A stretch of 60,956 nt of DNA from positions 1 through 60,956 of the forward strand of contig JBNJEG010000001.1 of NCBI GenBank assembly GCA_051745655.1, given 5' to 3'. The stretch comes from Pseudomonadota bacterium. Its GTDB lineage: Bacteria; Pseudomonadota; Gammaproteobacteria; Pseudomonadales; Oleiphilaceae. Both the position numbers and the translations under genes were made by a program. Positions 60,530-60,956 of the stretch are shown here, piece after piece; the stretch's first letter is position 1; each line of letters starts with the position of its first letter. A model generated the notes under the pieces. It was given only the letters and a program-made list of their open reading frames with translations, was not told the DNA's origin and searched no databases.

Positions 60530-60956
60530 CTGGCAGCAGGTTCCGGCGGCCATCTGGCGGTCACAGCGCCAGGCACTGAGAGGGGTCACCCACCCGGACC
60601 CGGTGCGCTGGGAGGATCTGCACGGTATCGAGTCGCAGAAGGCGCAGCTGGCCCACAACACCGAACGCTTTCTCGCCGGCCAGCCGGCCAACCATGCCCT
60701 GCTCTGGGGCTCCCGGGGTACCGGAAAGTCATCCCTGGTGAAGGCCCTGCTCAACCGCTACCGGGACCAGGGCCTGCGGGTGATTGAAGTGGACAAGGAC
60801 GACCTGGTGCACCTGCATGAAATCGTCGACCCGATCCGGGAATGCCGCGAGCGTTTCATCATCTACTGCGACGACCTTTCCTTCGGCACCGACGATCCGG
60901 GTTACAAGCCGCTCAAGAGTGTCATGGAAGGCTCCATCGAGCTGCCGCCGGAGAAC
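60516..60956 (+). CDS. DUF815-family AAA+ ATPase (3' end truncated by window edge)
   Basis: Not in the ORF track; manual translation gives [42 protein letters not shown]. Confidence 0.9.
   Translation, partial: MSGIDWQQVPAAIWRSQRQALRGVTHPDPVRWEDLHGIESQKAQLAHNTERFLAGQPANHALLWGSRGTGKSSLVKALLNRYRDQGLRVIEVDKDDLVHLHEIVDPIRECRERFIIYCDDLSFGTDDPGYKPLKSVMEGSIELPPEN

Noticed and set aside
1-60956. Mobile elements, prophage, defence systems, tRNA or rRNA
   Set aside because: No transposase, integrase, nuclease-effector cassette, terminal repeats or RNA signatures were seen; nearly all bases are explained by core genes

Overview
A gene-dense, GC-rich stretch of core chromosome from a gammaproteobacterium with Pseudomonas/Marinobacter-like gene order. 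The proteins look acidic, which suggests a halophile, but that is an inference. In order it contains: petABC (petA truncated by the window edge), sspAB, the opposite-strand lpoA-yraN-diaA/gmhA-like operon, rsmI, RNase P RNA, the full dcw cluster (mraZ to ftsZ, then lpxC), dciA, an M23 peptidase, secA, argJ, a MutT-thiamine-phosphate-synthase-like fusion, moaC, ribA, xseB-ispA-dxs, tauE-like-lgt-thyA-folA-thioesterase-EamA, a small accessory patch (hypothetical, PmtA-like methyltransferase, Lon-N domain protein, two degenerate membrane GGDEF proteins), proA-nadD-rsfS-rlmH-mrdA-rodA-mltB-rlpA-dac-ybeD-lipB, a COQ8-like ABC1 kinase, glutaredoxin, a small ORF, PPi-type phosphofructokinase, mpl, ubiX and a truncated DUF815 ATPase. 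I found no mobile elements, CRISPR arrays, tRNAs or rRNAs, and no clearly new multi-gene system. The best candidates for something undescribed are a translationally coupled pair of catalytically dead, I-site-intact membrane GGDEF proteins, a seven-box MraZ operator, a COQ8-type kinase in the usual lipA position, an SIS protein lacking all GmhA metal ligands, and a CRP-like site nested in a larger dyad between dciA and M23-secA. All family calls come from motif recognition, without database searches.
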